Positions 41,801 through 49,459 of a DNA stretch of 64,000 nucleotides are shown one piece after another. Made by a program: the position numbers and the translations under genes. The DNA lies in assembly GCA_965198235.1 (NCBI GenBank), contig OZ240248.1, positions 1,408,001-1,472,000 of the forward strand. The letters run 5' to 3'. The DNA is from Candidatus Poribacteria bacterium (GTDB lineage Bacteria; Poribacteria; WGA-4E; WGA-3G). Numbering within the stretch: position 1 is the stretch's first letter; every line of letters starts with the position of its first letter. The notes below the pieces were generated by a model. The model saw only the letters and a program-made list of their open reading frames with translations. It had not been told where the DNA came from and did no database searches.

Positions 41801-42171
41801 CTACACTTGGATTGATTAAAGAGACACTTGAATCCAATATAGGGGTTACTATATCTGATCATGTATTTCTCGAAGCCGCCAAAGGCGCAATTGAAAGTGG
41901 CTTAATCGTTTCGGACGGATCGTTAACCGACGACTTTTATCATGTTAAGGTCCGACAGGCAGCGTGGGTGGGCCATACTGAATCACCCCTTACGGAGATC
42001 GAAATTCAGGATTTGGCTGCAACAGTCGGTGACCTGATTGAAATCGCACCTGAACTCGACTTTCAGTTTCGCGTCACAATTACCGCCGAAGGGGAACCCC
42101 CATCCAGTGAGGTATTGGAAAAGATAAACGAGGCACTTCGCAAGGTCACGGATAAACTGAAGTTTGATTAG
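38821..42171 (+). CDS. DUF499 AAA+ ATPase (BrxC/PglY-related)
   Basis: EFAADL, FFDRTYPT, YGGGKTH, LLDE, LRRRLF, SYPFHP, FQGTRG. Confidence 0.85.
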   Translation: MMGANAWHDHCILRDDVRQGKLEPAEFAADLYAVRTGDARKVYRIPTLFFDRTYPTHNLKTLARDVLRRLAGQGGNPVMTLQVAYGGGKTHSLITLLHLAEHGPELQTHPTVQEFMAFSGLGTLPRTRVAILPFDEFDVKKGFSVVSPNGKRKRVQTPWGALAYQLAGDKGLAIVAEHEADYINPQEQPLRDLLKIPQAEGMSTLILLDEALMYTRAAVNDDPKRFGILQDFFQALTQAVEKVSNASIVASLITSDIIADDPTGVRVLNMLEGVFRRLEETFEPVSREDISELLRRRLFESVDPEKKCRAIVDSIIAARQRLSMRGAHTDQDAYEGLVKSYPFHPDLIEVFYQKWTQLDKFQGTRGMFRTFALMLREAVEKDTSAFIGPNALLTTDTGLSDVLQELVRACDEGTQWTPILTGELERARTIQKDLPLLTSREIETAVLSTFLHSQPSGHKAELADLHLLLAHADIDAMSVEKGLSEWRDASWFLKENENSWALGTASNLTRMHIRAMARITEDQINESLVTRIKDAALGRKTDEVKVHTLPQSPADVPDTPELRFVIAGPEYATVPGEDVSPELKEFFQRTYRNNVILLVPENALLAGLRQRIHRILGWQSIIESKDEMSLLSEQQPALLQERKRIDETGILESVTSAYSVLIAIDEDGDIETSLLSSGTESPFERIKTALIAEDRLLTTSLDPDLLTPDSFFDIWGENETAKPIQGLYQMFASLPRLPRLLNRQVFIDTLRRGVTEGQIVLRTVRPDGSQQTHWREAPATDEDLWKKELETVPIEHAELHNLSADLLAPGQLPELWQGDNVPTTIGAIREFFKGDDVPKLASDNTLFDAIQSAVQNGLLMARRQGKAYLKENIPDAEITDDLELLAPLQSISGSELSHNNLPDAWENETSSVGKIMHALTILKGSPIPWSLVVDAVNEGRDKRLFEFIEGSPPWPCAVEEADKVGLKVSEALVKIAPNDLIGKDAKAAWESGNPTLGLIKETLESNIGVTISDHVFLEAAKGAIESGLIVSDGSLTDDFYHVKVRQAAWVGHTESPLTEIEIQDLAATVGDLIEIAPELDFQFRVTITAEGEPPSSEVLEKINEALRKVTDKLKFD

Positions 42172-42279
42172 GAAGATGTATTAATCCTATAGATATTCGA
42201 TTCGCGATTTCCTGTAAATTTCGTATTTTTTGAATAAAAGCAGCGTAGATTGGGTTAAAGTTAATATAGGAGGAAACAG

Positions 42280-42831
42280 ATGGCGAAGCAAAAAAAATTA
42301 AAAGGCATGAACAAGTATCAGAAAAAAGCACATCGCCGGCGTGAGGATCGGTTGCGAGGCAATGAGGTCGAATACTACCTCTCTCTCGCGTATTCTTCCA
42401 ATCCGGATGATCGCGTCGAGGCAATGGACAATCTCTGTCCCTGTCATGTTCGGAAAAGCATTGACAAAGTGTGGGTGGCACTCTACAAAGGCTTGGTCGA
42501 TCCCGATCTGCGCGTCCGCAAAGCCGCGTGGCACACACTCGAGGATGGCGGAAATCCGAACGATCCGAGACTGCAGCCGCTCCTTGAAAGAATCGCCAAA
42601 GAGGAGACCGATCAGAAACTCCGCCAAAATGCTCTTGACCTCATCGCCGCCACCCGAAACGTTGAGGAGCAGAAGGAAATGCTGTTGGGGCAGAAAGCAC
42701 ATACCTTTTCTGGACGATGCGATTGGTGTGGCGCGTCAAACGTGCCGGTTAGTTATGATTACGAGACCGAATTTGAAGCAAACGGCACCAAACGTTTCGC
42801 CTTAGTCTGTGAGGCGTGTGAAGCCGCATAG
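42280..42831 (+). CDS. HEAT-repeat protein with C-terminal zinc ribbon
   Basis: LCPCH, DPDLRVRKAAWHTL, CDWC...CEAC; RBS AGGAGG. Confidence 0.7.
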   Translation: MAKQKKLKGMNKYQKKAHRRREDRLRGNEVEYYLSLAYSSNPDDRVEAMDNLCPCHVRKSIDKVWVALYKGLVDPDLRVRKAAWHTLEDGGNPNDPRLQPLLERIAKEETDQKLRQNALDLIAATRNVEEQKEMLLGQKAHTFSGRCDWCGASNVPVSYDYETEFEANGTKRFALVCEACEAA

Positions 42832-42850
42832 CGGTTCGAGACTTGTTGGT

Positions 42851-43321
42851 ATGGCGACCCAAAATCAATTGTTTGAAGGGCACACCGATTTCATCGCGAC
42901 CCGCGGCGTTAAAGAATATCGAGAGACGATTCCTGTGTGGATAAATGCCCAGGATGTCGTGTTGGAAATCGGCTGCGAGTGGGGAACAACGACGAACCTG
43001 ATTGCACCCCATTGTAAAAAAGTTATTGGTACTGACATCAGTCTCAAATGTATTGAACGTGCAAGGGAACGGCACCCTGAACTCCATTTTGAAGTACTTG
43101 ACGGTTTTGATGTTAGAGCAGCACTCGAACTCGGCGAACCGTTCAGCAAAATTTACATTGATATGTCCGGAATGTCAGGCTACAACTCTCTGCTTGACAC
43201 AATTGCGCTGCTGACTTCCTACGCCACGGTCCTACGTCCGGAGGCAATCATCATTAAAAGTAGCGCGTTAAAACGTTTTGCCGGACACTGCAATCCGTGG
43301 CGTTCCCCAGTGAATCAGTAA
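42851..43321 (+). CDS. Small class I SAM-dependent methyltransferase-like protein
   Basis: VLEIGCEWG, GTDIS. Confidence 0.7.
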   Translation: MATQNQLFEGHTDFIATRGVKEYRETIPVWINAQDVVLEIGCEWGTTTNLIAPHCKKVIGTDISLKCIERARERHPELHFEVLDGFDVRAALELGEPFSKIYIDMSGMSGYNSLLDTIALLTSYATVLRPEAIIIKSSALKRFAGHCNPWRSPVNQ

Positions 43322-43388
43322 AAAAAATCAGTACCCGGTTTTCTTTTTTGCCCTTGAGAAGAAAAAATGAAGAAAAATCGATTCCGAT

Positions 43389-43495
43389 GCAACAAAACAG
43401 ACAACATCCGAATTGATACGCGCGTTTTCCACTTTTAAAAAAAGTGAAGGGAAATCGATTTTGACGCAACAAAACAGACAACATCCGAATTGATA
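43389..43495 (+). promoter_or_regulatory. 30-bp direct repeat (period 77), candidate tandem ECF promoters
   Basis: GCAACAAAACAGACAACATCCGAATTGATA at 43389 and 43466, upstream of the ECF sigma gene. Confidence 0.5.
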
Positions 43496-43620
43496 AACGC
43501 GTTTGCCGCTTTTTAAGGGATAGTAGTCGGGTGTTTGTGGCGGTGGCCCAAATTAGAATACGAGCGTCTATGATGCAGAGGCTGCGTGTGAGAAGTCTTT
43601 GTATTTTTAGCCGCGAGAAC

Positions 43621-43739
43621 GTAAGCCCGTAACATTGTCCCGCAAACCTATAGAGGCTTGCGCTAGGAGGGCTGGCTCTACGTCGAGGAATGTCAAGTAC
43701 GAAACCCACTCTCACCGAACCGCAAGGTAAATTAGAAAT
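43621..43739 (+). repeat. Dispersed element ending ACCGAACCGCAAGG plus A/T tract directly before the sigma ATG
   Basis: Shares TCTACG, AAACCCA and ACCGAACCGCAAGG with the 85-bp units at 47161-47500. Confidence 0.65.
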
Positions 43740-44312
43740 ATGATTCCTGATGATGTATACGTACACCAAACAGTGGAGGGCGATGCCGAGGCGTTCAACG
43801 AACTCGTCAATCGGCATCATTCAAAGATTTATGGGCTTGCCTACCGAATGCTCGGCAATCCTGAAGATGCCGCCGACGCGACGCAGGAAACGTTTTTAGA
43901 GGCATACAAGTCAATTAAGGCGTTTCGATTTCAGTCGCAGTTTGGGACATGGCTATATAGTATCGGCATCAATACGTGCCAGCAGTATATCCGTAAATCG
44001 CAATCGCATGACCGCAAACTTGCCGCTTATACCAGAGAAACGGAAATGGATGGCGCGGTTTCTGAAACGGACTCACCCGAACGGGTGGTGGTGAATACCG
44101 AGCAGAGTGAAATGGTCCAAGGTGCTATCAATCGGCTACCACAAAAACAGCGCGAGGTCGTCACACTATACTATATGCAGCACCTCAAGTACCGGGAGAT
44201 CGCTGAGATCTTGAAGTGTTCGGAAGGCACCGTGGCTTCACGGTTGAATCAGGCACTGAAAAATCTCAAACGGAAGCTGAGCAAATATTATCTCTTGGAA
44301 GGAGGGTCTTAA
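43740..44312 (+). CDS. ECF RNA polymerase sigma-70 factor
   Basis: DATQETFL, FGTWLYSI, LPQKQREVV, YREIAEIL, GTVASRL. Confidence 0.9.
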   Translation: MIPDDVYVHQTVEGDAEAFNELVNRHHSKIYGLAYRMLGNPEDAADATQETFLEAYKSIKAFRFQSQFGTWLYSIGINTCQQYIRKSQSHDRKLAAYTRETEMDGAVSETDSPERVVVNTEQSEMVQGAINRLPQKQREVVTLYYMQHLKYREIAEILKCSEGTVASRLNQALKNLKRKLSKYYLLEGGS

Positions 44313-45037
44313 TGAATTTGAATTGCGAACAGACTCTTAACAATTTGCCACACCTTGTCGTGAAGGGGGATGCGCGGACAACAGAACCGATTTCTGAAGG
44401 AATTTCGCGACGCACCCTTTTGGAGCATCTGCGGACCTGTCCAGAGTGCCAAAGAGAGTACGAAGCGTTGTGGCACACCGCGGATGTACTGGAGAATACA
44501 GAGGCACCAATTCCACCGCCGGAATTAGCCCGGAACATTCAACAGCGCGTCCGGCAACTCCATCGACAACAGCAGCTCGCATTCTTCGCGAGTCCCTTGG
44601 CGTGGTGTCTTGACCAATTAAAGTTGGATCTCTCTCCGAAGTTCGTCAACGCCATCGTCCTACTCTTCTTCCTGGTCGCTTCCGGTTTTGTCATGAAACT
44701 CACATTCTTTACAAATTCGCCGGAACCGGAGTTCGGTTTGACCGCAATGGAAAAAACACGGCTTCGACACGTCAGGATCTCACCGTCTCCATGGGCACTG
44801 ATTAAAAACACTGAAACGAAAGTAGAGAACCCGGGCACACCGCAGCAGTCTGTAATCGCTGCTCAACAGGTGCATGATTACTTCTTCAGTCCAACACAGG
44901 ATTCGTCGAAAATGTGGCGCACCGATACCATAGGTTATGAGGAACAGACAGGTGAAGCCAGCGTTGTTAATTATGCCCGAGATATTACGAGCGAGAAGCT
45001 GACTGTGTTTTGGAATCACATTAAAACAGAATTGTAG
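44312..45037 (+). CDS. Zinc-finger (HxxxCxxC) transmembrane anti-sigma factor
   Basis: HLRTCPEC, single TM, TAATG coupling to the sigma gene. Confidence 0.8.
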   Translation: MNLNCEQTLNNLPHLVVKGDARTTEPISEGISRRTLLEHLRTCPECQREYEALWHTADVLENTEAPIPPPELARNIQQRVRQLHRQQQLAFFASPLAWCLDQLKLDLSPKFVNAIVLLFFLVASGFVMKLTFFTNSPEPEFGLTAMEKTRLRHVRISPSPWALIKNTETKVENPGTPQQSVIAAQQVHDYFFSPTQDSSKMWRTDTIGYEEQTGEASVVNYARDITSEKLTVFWNHIKTEL

Positions 45038-45039
45038 CC

Positions 45040-45135
45040 TTTTGATTGAACTGAGACCCAATCAAAAATTTCAATTTAACAATTCACCCTATATATGAAA
45101 GTTAAACTTTTGATTGAACTAAAGCCCAATCAAAA
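45040..45135. promoter_or_regulatory. Two copies of palindrome TTTTGATTG-N10-CAATCAAAA
   Basis: 45040-45067 and 45108-45135, upstream of the lipoprotein gene. Confidence 0.6.
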
Positions 45136-45167
45136 AGTATTCACGAAGAAAAAAAAGGAGTATATTC

Positions 45168-45614
45168 TTGAATCGCATTCACAGAATTCTTACCGCAATT
45201 ACCATCATATTGGTGGTTTCCGTTATTAGCAGCTGTTCAAAGATGAATAAACCATCTATTAGTGAAGATAGCGAAGAATCAGGCACTGAACTCTCGCTAA
45301 GCGAAAGTTACAATCAGATCCGAAACGGGGTCCGATTGATCATGGCTTACGACGCGCAAAGCAATTCCTTCAGAGGGACAGTGGAAAACACCACTGGCGA
45401 AACCTTGAAGCAAGTCGTAGTTGAAGTTCACTTGTCAAACGGAAAAGAGCTCGGGCCATCAATCCCAACCGACCTCGCCCCCGGTGAAAAAAAAGAAGTT
45501 GAACTGAAGGCAATCAGCACGAACTTTACCGCCTGGACTGCCCATCCTGAAGTGGGTGTAAGTGAAGGCCGTAGTGGTGAACACGAACGAGACGGGGACA
45601 GTGAACACGACTAA
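45168..45614 (+). CDS. Lipoprotein, Ig-like (FxLYD-like) domain with Glu/His-rich tail
   Basis: Lipobox ISSC, GTVENTTG..LAPGE, tail SGEHERDGDSEHD; TTG start with AAGGAG. Confidence 0.65.
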   Translation: MNRIHRILTAITIILVVSVISSCSKMNKPSISEDSEESGTELSLSESYNQIRNGVRLIMAYDAQSNSFRGTVENTTGETLKQVVVEVHLSNGKELGPSIPTDLAPGEKKEVELKAISTNFTAWTAHPEVGVSEGRSGEHERDGDSEHD

Positions 45615-45885
45615 TACCACATGATTTTGAATTGTAAGGGCGGACCTCTGTATTCGCAGCGGTGAAACCCACAGTGAACACGACCGGGAAGGTGACAGTG
45701 AATTGTAAGGGTGGATCTCTGTATCCGTCCGCTTTTTTGTAAAGACGGCTTTGCATATCCGTTCCTTTGAAGACCTTGATCAGGCGTTTCTTCTCTTGGA
45801 TTTTAACGTTCCAAGGTTACAGGACAACTTAATAGTTCTGACGTTTCTGGTGCAAGTTTTGACTTGCAAACTACGCTAAAATTTA

Positions 45886-45987
45886 TAGGACTTACGCAGT
45901 TGGTTCATAAGTCCCCCTGATAAGGGGGATTTTGGGGGTTAACTATCAAAAAACCTCGCGCCGCATACTAAATTTGCGTAAGTCCTG
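45886..45987. mobile_element. MITE, 13-bp TIR, 5-bp TSD ATTTA
   Basis: ATTTA-TAGGACTTACGCA...TGCGTAAGTCCTG-ATTTA; internal CCCCCTGATAAGGGGG hairpin. Confidence 0.8.
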
Positions 45988-46003
45988 ATTTATTTAAAAA
46001 AGA

Positions 46004-46032
46004 TTGACACACGATCGCGTTTTGTGTAGAAT
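46004..46032 (+). promoter_or_regulatory. Sigma70 promoter of the ABC operon, probably leaderless
   Basis: TTGACA-17-TAGAAT with TG; ATG at 46040. Confidence 0.65.
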
Positions 46033-46039
46033 AACCCAA

Positions 46040-47062
46040 ATGGAAAAATCTTATGAAAAATCACTTCTGGAAGTTTCTGGCTTAAAAACAGTCTTTCCAA
46101 CAGACGATGGTATCGTAAATGCCGTGAACGATGTCAGTTTTGAAATTGGTCGCGGGCAGACCGTCGGCGTTGTCGGCGAAAGTGGCTGCGGGAAAAGCAT
46201 CACCGGACTATCGCTGCTTCAACTCGTGCCCTCACCGGGACGCATTGAAGCCGGCGAGATCCAATTTTATCGCAACCGTGAAGATGACCCCTTAGACATT
46301 GCACAGGTGTCGCCGAAGAGCGAATTGATGCGCCAAATCCGTGGCAACGAAATTGCCATCATTTTCCAGGAACCCATGACCTCCCTTAATCCAGTCTATA
46401 CTGTCGGAAACCAAATTGCCGAAGCAGTCGTCTTACACGAGCAGGTTAATAAGAAGACAGCGCGCGAACGCGCAATCGAAATGATCGCGCGCGTCGGTAT
46501 ACCTGCGCCTACACAACGCGTTGATGAATACCCGCACCAACTTTCCGGGGGCATGCGTCAACGTGTTATGATTGCAATGGCACTCTGTTGTTCACCGACA
46601 CTGCTCATTGCAGATGAACCCACAACTGCACTTGATGTGACGATTCAAGCGCAGGTGCTCGGTCTCATGCAGGAACTCCAAGCGGAAATGGGGATGGCAA
46701 TTATGCTCATCACCCACGACCTCGGTGTCATTGCCGATCTCGCTGATGAAGTCGTTGTCATGTACGCCGGGCGCGTCGTCGAAAAAGGCACCGTTGATGA
46801 CATCTTCTACAATCCTTTGCATCCGTACACGCAAGGATTGCTAAAGTCTATACCTGTCCTCGGAAGAACGCCGCAGAGAACCTTGCCCTCCATACCCGGA
46901 ACAGTGCCACACCCCTTGACGCTGCCGTCGGGGTGCTCGTTTCAACCCCGGTGTTCAGAACGGATGCCAGAATGTGAACGGATGCCAGAACTCGCGGTAA
47001 TCAATGGAAAAACGGAAAACAGTGGACACGCTGTCCGATGCTGGCTTCACACAGATTTTTAA
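46040..47062 (+). CDS. Peptide/nickel ABC transporter ATP-binding protein (OppD/DppD-like)
   Basis: GESGCGKS, LSGGMRQR, DEPTTALD, HPYT. Confidence 0.9.
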   Translation: MEKSYEKSLLEVSGLKTVFPTDDGIVNAVNDVSFEIGRGQTVGVVGESGCGKSITGLSLLQLVPSPGRIEAGEIQFYRNREDDPLDIAQVSPKSELMRQIRGNEIAIIFQEPMTSLNPVYTVGNQIAEAVVLHEQVNKKTARERAIEMIARVGIPAPTQRVDEYPHQLSGGMRQRVMIAMALCCSPTLLIADEPTTALDVTIQAQVLGLMQELQAEMGMAIMLITHDLGVIADLADEVVVMYAGRVVEKGTVDDIFYNPLHPYTQGLLKSIPVLGRTPQRTLPSIPGTVPHPLTLPSGCSFQPRCSERMPECERMPELAVINGKTENSGHAVRCWLHTDF

Positions 47063-47156
47063 TTTATTGCTCCTGGGCTGCGCTCCATTCGATGAGTTTT
47101 GACTGGGTTTGGGAATTTTGACGTTTCTTTTCTTTTGGAAACATTAAACCAAAACG

Positions 47157-47500
47157 GTAGCCTGCAACAACGGCGCAGGCGGGTCTACGGGGAGGCAGAT
47201 GAATGCCCAAACCCAACTGACCGAACCGCAAGGAAAAATTAAAAACCTGCAACAACGACGCAGGCGGGTCTACGGGGAGGCAGATGAATGCCCAAACCCA
47301 ACTGACCGAACCGCAAGGAAAAATTAAAAACCTGCAACAGCGGCGCAGGTGGGTCTACGGGGAGGCAGATGAATGCCCAAACCCAACTGACCGAACCGCA
47401 AGGAAAAATTAAAAACCTGCAACAGCGGCGCAGGCGAATATACGTCGATTAACATTATTCGCTAATTCACCTAACCGAACCGCAAGGTATAATTAAAAAA
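47157..47500 (+). repeat. Tandem array of four 85-bp units (three near-identical, fourth with a different core)
   Basis: Units start CCTGCAACA at 47161, 47246, 47331, 47416; GTAG precedes the first; array ends at ATG 47501. Confidence 0.9.
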
Positions 47501-48499
47501 ATGAAATTGCTTGAGGTGAACGATCTCAGAAAGTATTTTCCTATACAGAAAGGCATCTTGCAACGCACTGTCGGGTATGTCAAGGCGGTCGATGGTATCA
47601 GTTTTGATGTCCAACGCGGTGAAACGCTCGGTCTCGTCGGTGAAAGTGGCTGCGGGAAAACCACAGCAGGACGATGCCTACTCCGATTAATTCCACCTAC
47701 AAGCGGGAGTTTCATTTTTGGAGAGGAAGAGGTAGATTTAGCGAAATTGAACCACCGAGAGATGCGTCCCTATCGTAGACGTATCCAGATGATCTTCCAA
47801 GATCCGCATGCCTCGCTCAATCCACGGATGACGGTGGGAGATATCGTCGGTGAGCCGATGCGCGTCAATCAGACCGAAAAAGGAACAGCACTTCAAGACC
47901 GGATTGTTGAACTGTTGGAATCTGTAGGCTTAAGATCACAGGATATGCGCCGATACCCACACGCCTTCAGTGGCGGTCAACGCCAACGCATCGGTATTGC
48001 GCGGGCGTTAGCTCTTCAACCTGAACTCATCGTCGCAGATGAACCGGTCTCGGCATTGGATGTTTCCGTCCAAGCACAAATTCTCAATCTGCTGGCGGAG
48101 CTCCGTGAAAAGTTCCATCTCTCTTATATCTTTATCGCACACGATTTAAGTGTTGTTGAGCACATCAGCGACCGCGTCGCAGTCATGTATCTCGGCAAAA
48201 TCGTGGAGATTAGCGATGCCGAAACCCTCTATCAATCGCCGAAGCACCCTTATACGGAAGCGTTGATATCCGCCGTGCCACTTCCAGATCCGAGTGCGCA
48301 GCGCAAACGCGAACATATCCGTCTTGAAGGGGATGTCCCCGACCCATCTCAACCGCCTACTGGATGCTATTTTCACCCGCGGTGCCGTTACGCAACCGAT
48401 ATATGCAAACAGGAAACGCCAGAACTCCGTCAGATAGCACCCGGTGTTCAGGTGGCATGTCATCACAGTGATACGTTGGAGTTACAGGGAGTGGAGTGA
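47501..48499 (+). CDS. Peptide/nickel ABC transporter ATP-binding protein (OppF/DppF-like)
   Basis: [24 protein letters not shown]. Confidence 0.9.
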   Translation: MKLLEVNDLRKYFPIQKGILQRTVGYVKAVDGISFDVQRGETLGLVGESGCGKTTAGRCLLRLIPPTSGSFIFGEEEVDLAKLNHREMRPYRRRIQMIFQDPHASLNPRMTVGDIVGEPMRVNQTEKGTALQDRIVELLESVGLRSQDMRRYPHAFSGGQRQRIGIARALALQPELIVADEPVSALDVSVQAQILNLLAELREKFHLSYIFIAHDLSVVEHISDRVAVMYLGKIVEISDAETLYQSPKHPYTEALISAVPLPDPSAQRKREHIRLEGDVPDPSQPPTGCYFHPRCRYATDICKQETPELRQIAPGVQVACHHSDTLELQGVE

Positions 48500-49458
48500 T
48501 GTCAAAACAAAAGATGTCTGCAGACCAACTCTCCGCATGCAGAAAGCGACTGAAGCAACACTGGAAAAGCCGGATAGTGGACGAAAGTTTGCTCCATCGG
48601 GCATGGCACGTCGCGCATGAGGTCGCTGCACTACTCTATGAACAGTTCGATGCCACCCAAGTCGCTGTCTTCGGTTCACTCACAGAACCAATGTGGTTCA
48701 CGAAAGGGTCGGATATTGATATCGCTGTGTCAGGACTCTCCCATGATCTCTATGATAAGGCATACAAAAAAGTTATGAACTTTGATTCGGAATTCAAAAT
48801 AGACCTAATTAATTTTGATACATCACAAGGGCTTTTCCGAGAGCGGATAAAACATCAAGCGATTCCTATCGAAAAAAACATGCATGCCCCCACTGGCATG
48901 ACAGATGTGTGGTGGACGCTCTACAAACATCTTCAGGGACAGGTTTTCCCCGTTGACGACGGAGAAGTTTATGAAATGAATCGAAAAAGACTGACACAAC
49001 GCATCAACGATGAACTCACAAAAATAAATGAAATGCTTGAAAGAGTCACGAGAGGTTTGGAAAAACTTGAGGTGGTTCCTATTGATGTTAGAGAATTCAT
49101 CGAAAATACAATCGTTACAGATCTCGCCGATGTCTATAGAGGCATAGAGAGCATCTTTCTCCGGATTGCCCGTGAGGTGGATATGCACGTGCCGACTGGG
49201 AGTAGATGGCATAAAAATCTACTCGCACAAATGGTGGAACAGCGACCGGAACGACCACCCGTGATTTCCGAAAATACCTCTCTCCAATTGGAAAAACTTT
49301 TGGAGTTCCGCCACAAAGTCACTAATATCTATGGTAGACAATTGGTTTATGAAAAAACAGAAGAGCATGCAAAGTCGATTGACGAACTATTTGCAACCGT
49401 CTCTCAAGAGTTTAATGCCTTCACGGATTCTCTCGCGAAGCGTGAGGAGGATGTCTGA
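48496..49458 (+). CDS. Fused minimal nucleotidyltransferase + HepT-like HEPN protein
   Basis: N-half VFGSL..SDIDIAV..IDL; C-half [24 protein letters not shown]. Confidence 0.8.
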   Translation: MMSKQKMSADQLSACRKRLKQHWKSRIVDESLLHRAWHVAHEVAALLYEQFDATQVAVFGSLTEPMWFTKGSDIDIAVSGLSHDLYDKAYKKVMNFDSEFKIDLINFDTSQGLFRERIKHQAIPIEKNMHAPTGMTDVWWTLYKHLQGQVFPVDDGEVYEMNRKRLTQRINDELTKINEMLERVTRGLEKLEVVPIDVREFIENTIVTDLADVYRGIESIFLRIAREVDMHVPTGSRWHKNLLAQMVEQRPERPPVISENTSLQLEKLLEFRHKVTNIYGRQLVYEKTEEHAKSIDELFATVSQEFNAFTDSLAKREEDV

Positions 49459-49459
49459 A

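Noticed and set aside
43254-43820. 188-aa minus-strand ORF, and most other short overlapping ORFs in the track
   Set aside because: No recognisable motifs; they are antisense or alternate-frame shadows of well-supported genes, promoters or repeats.
47161-47500. CRISPR array (47-bp repeat, 37-38-bp spacers)
   Set aside because: Three of four spacers are identical, no cas genes are in the window, and a dispersed relative at 43676-43727 shares core sequence, so it is a tandemly amplified element.
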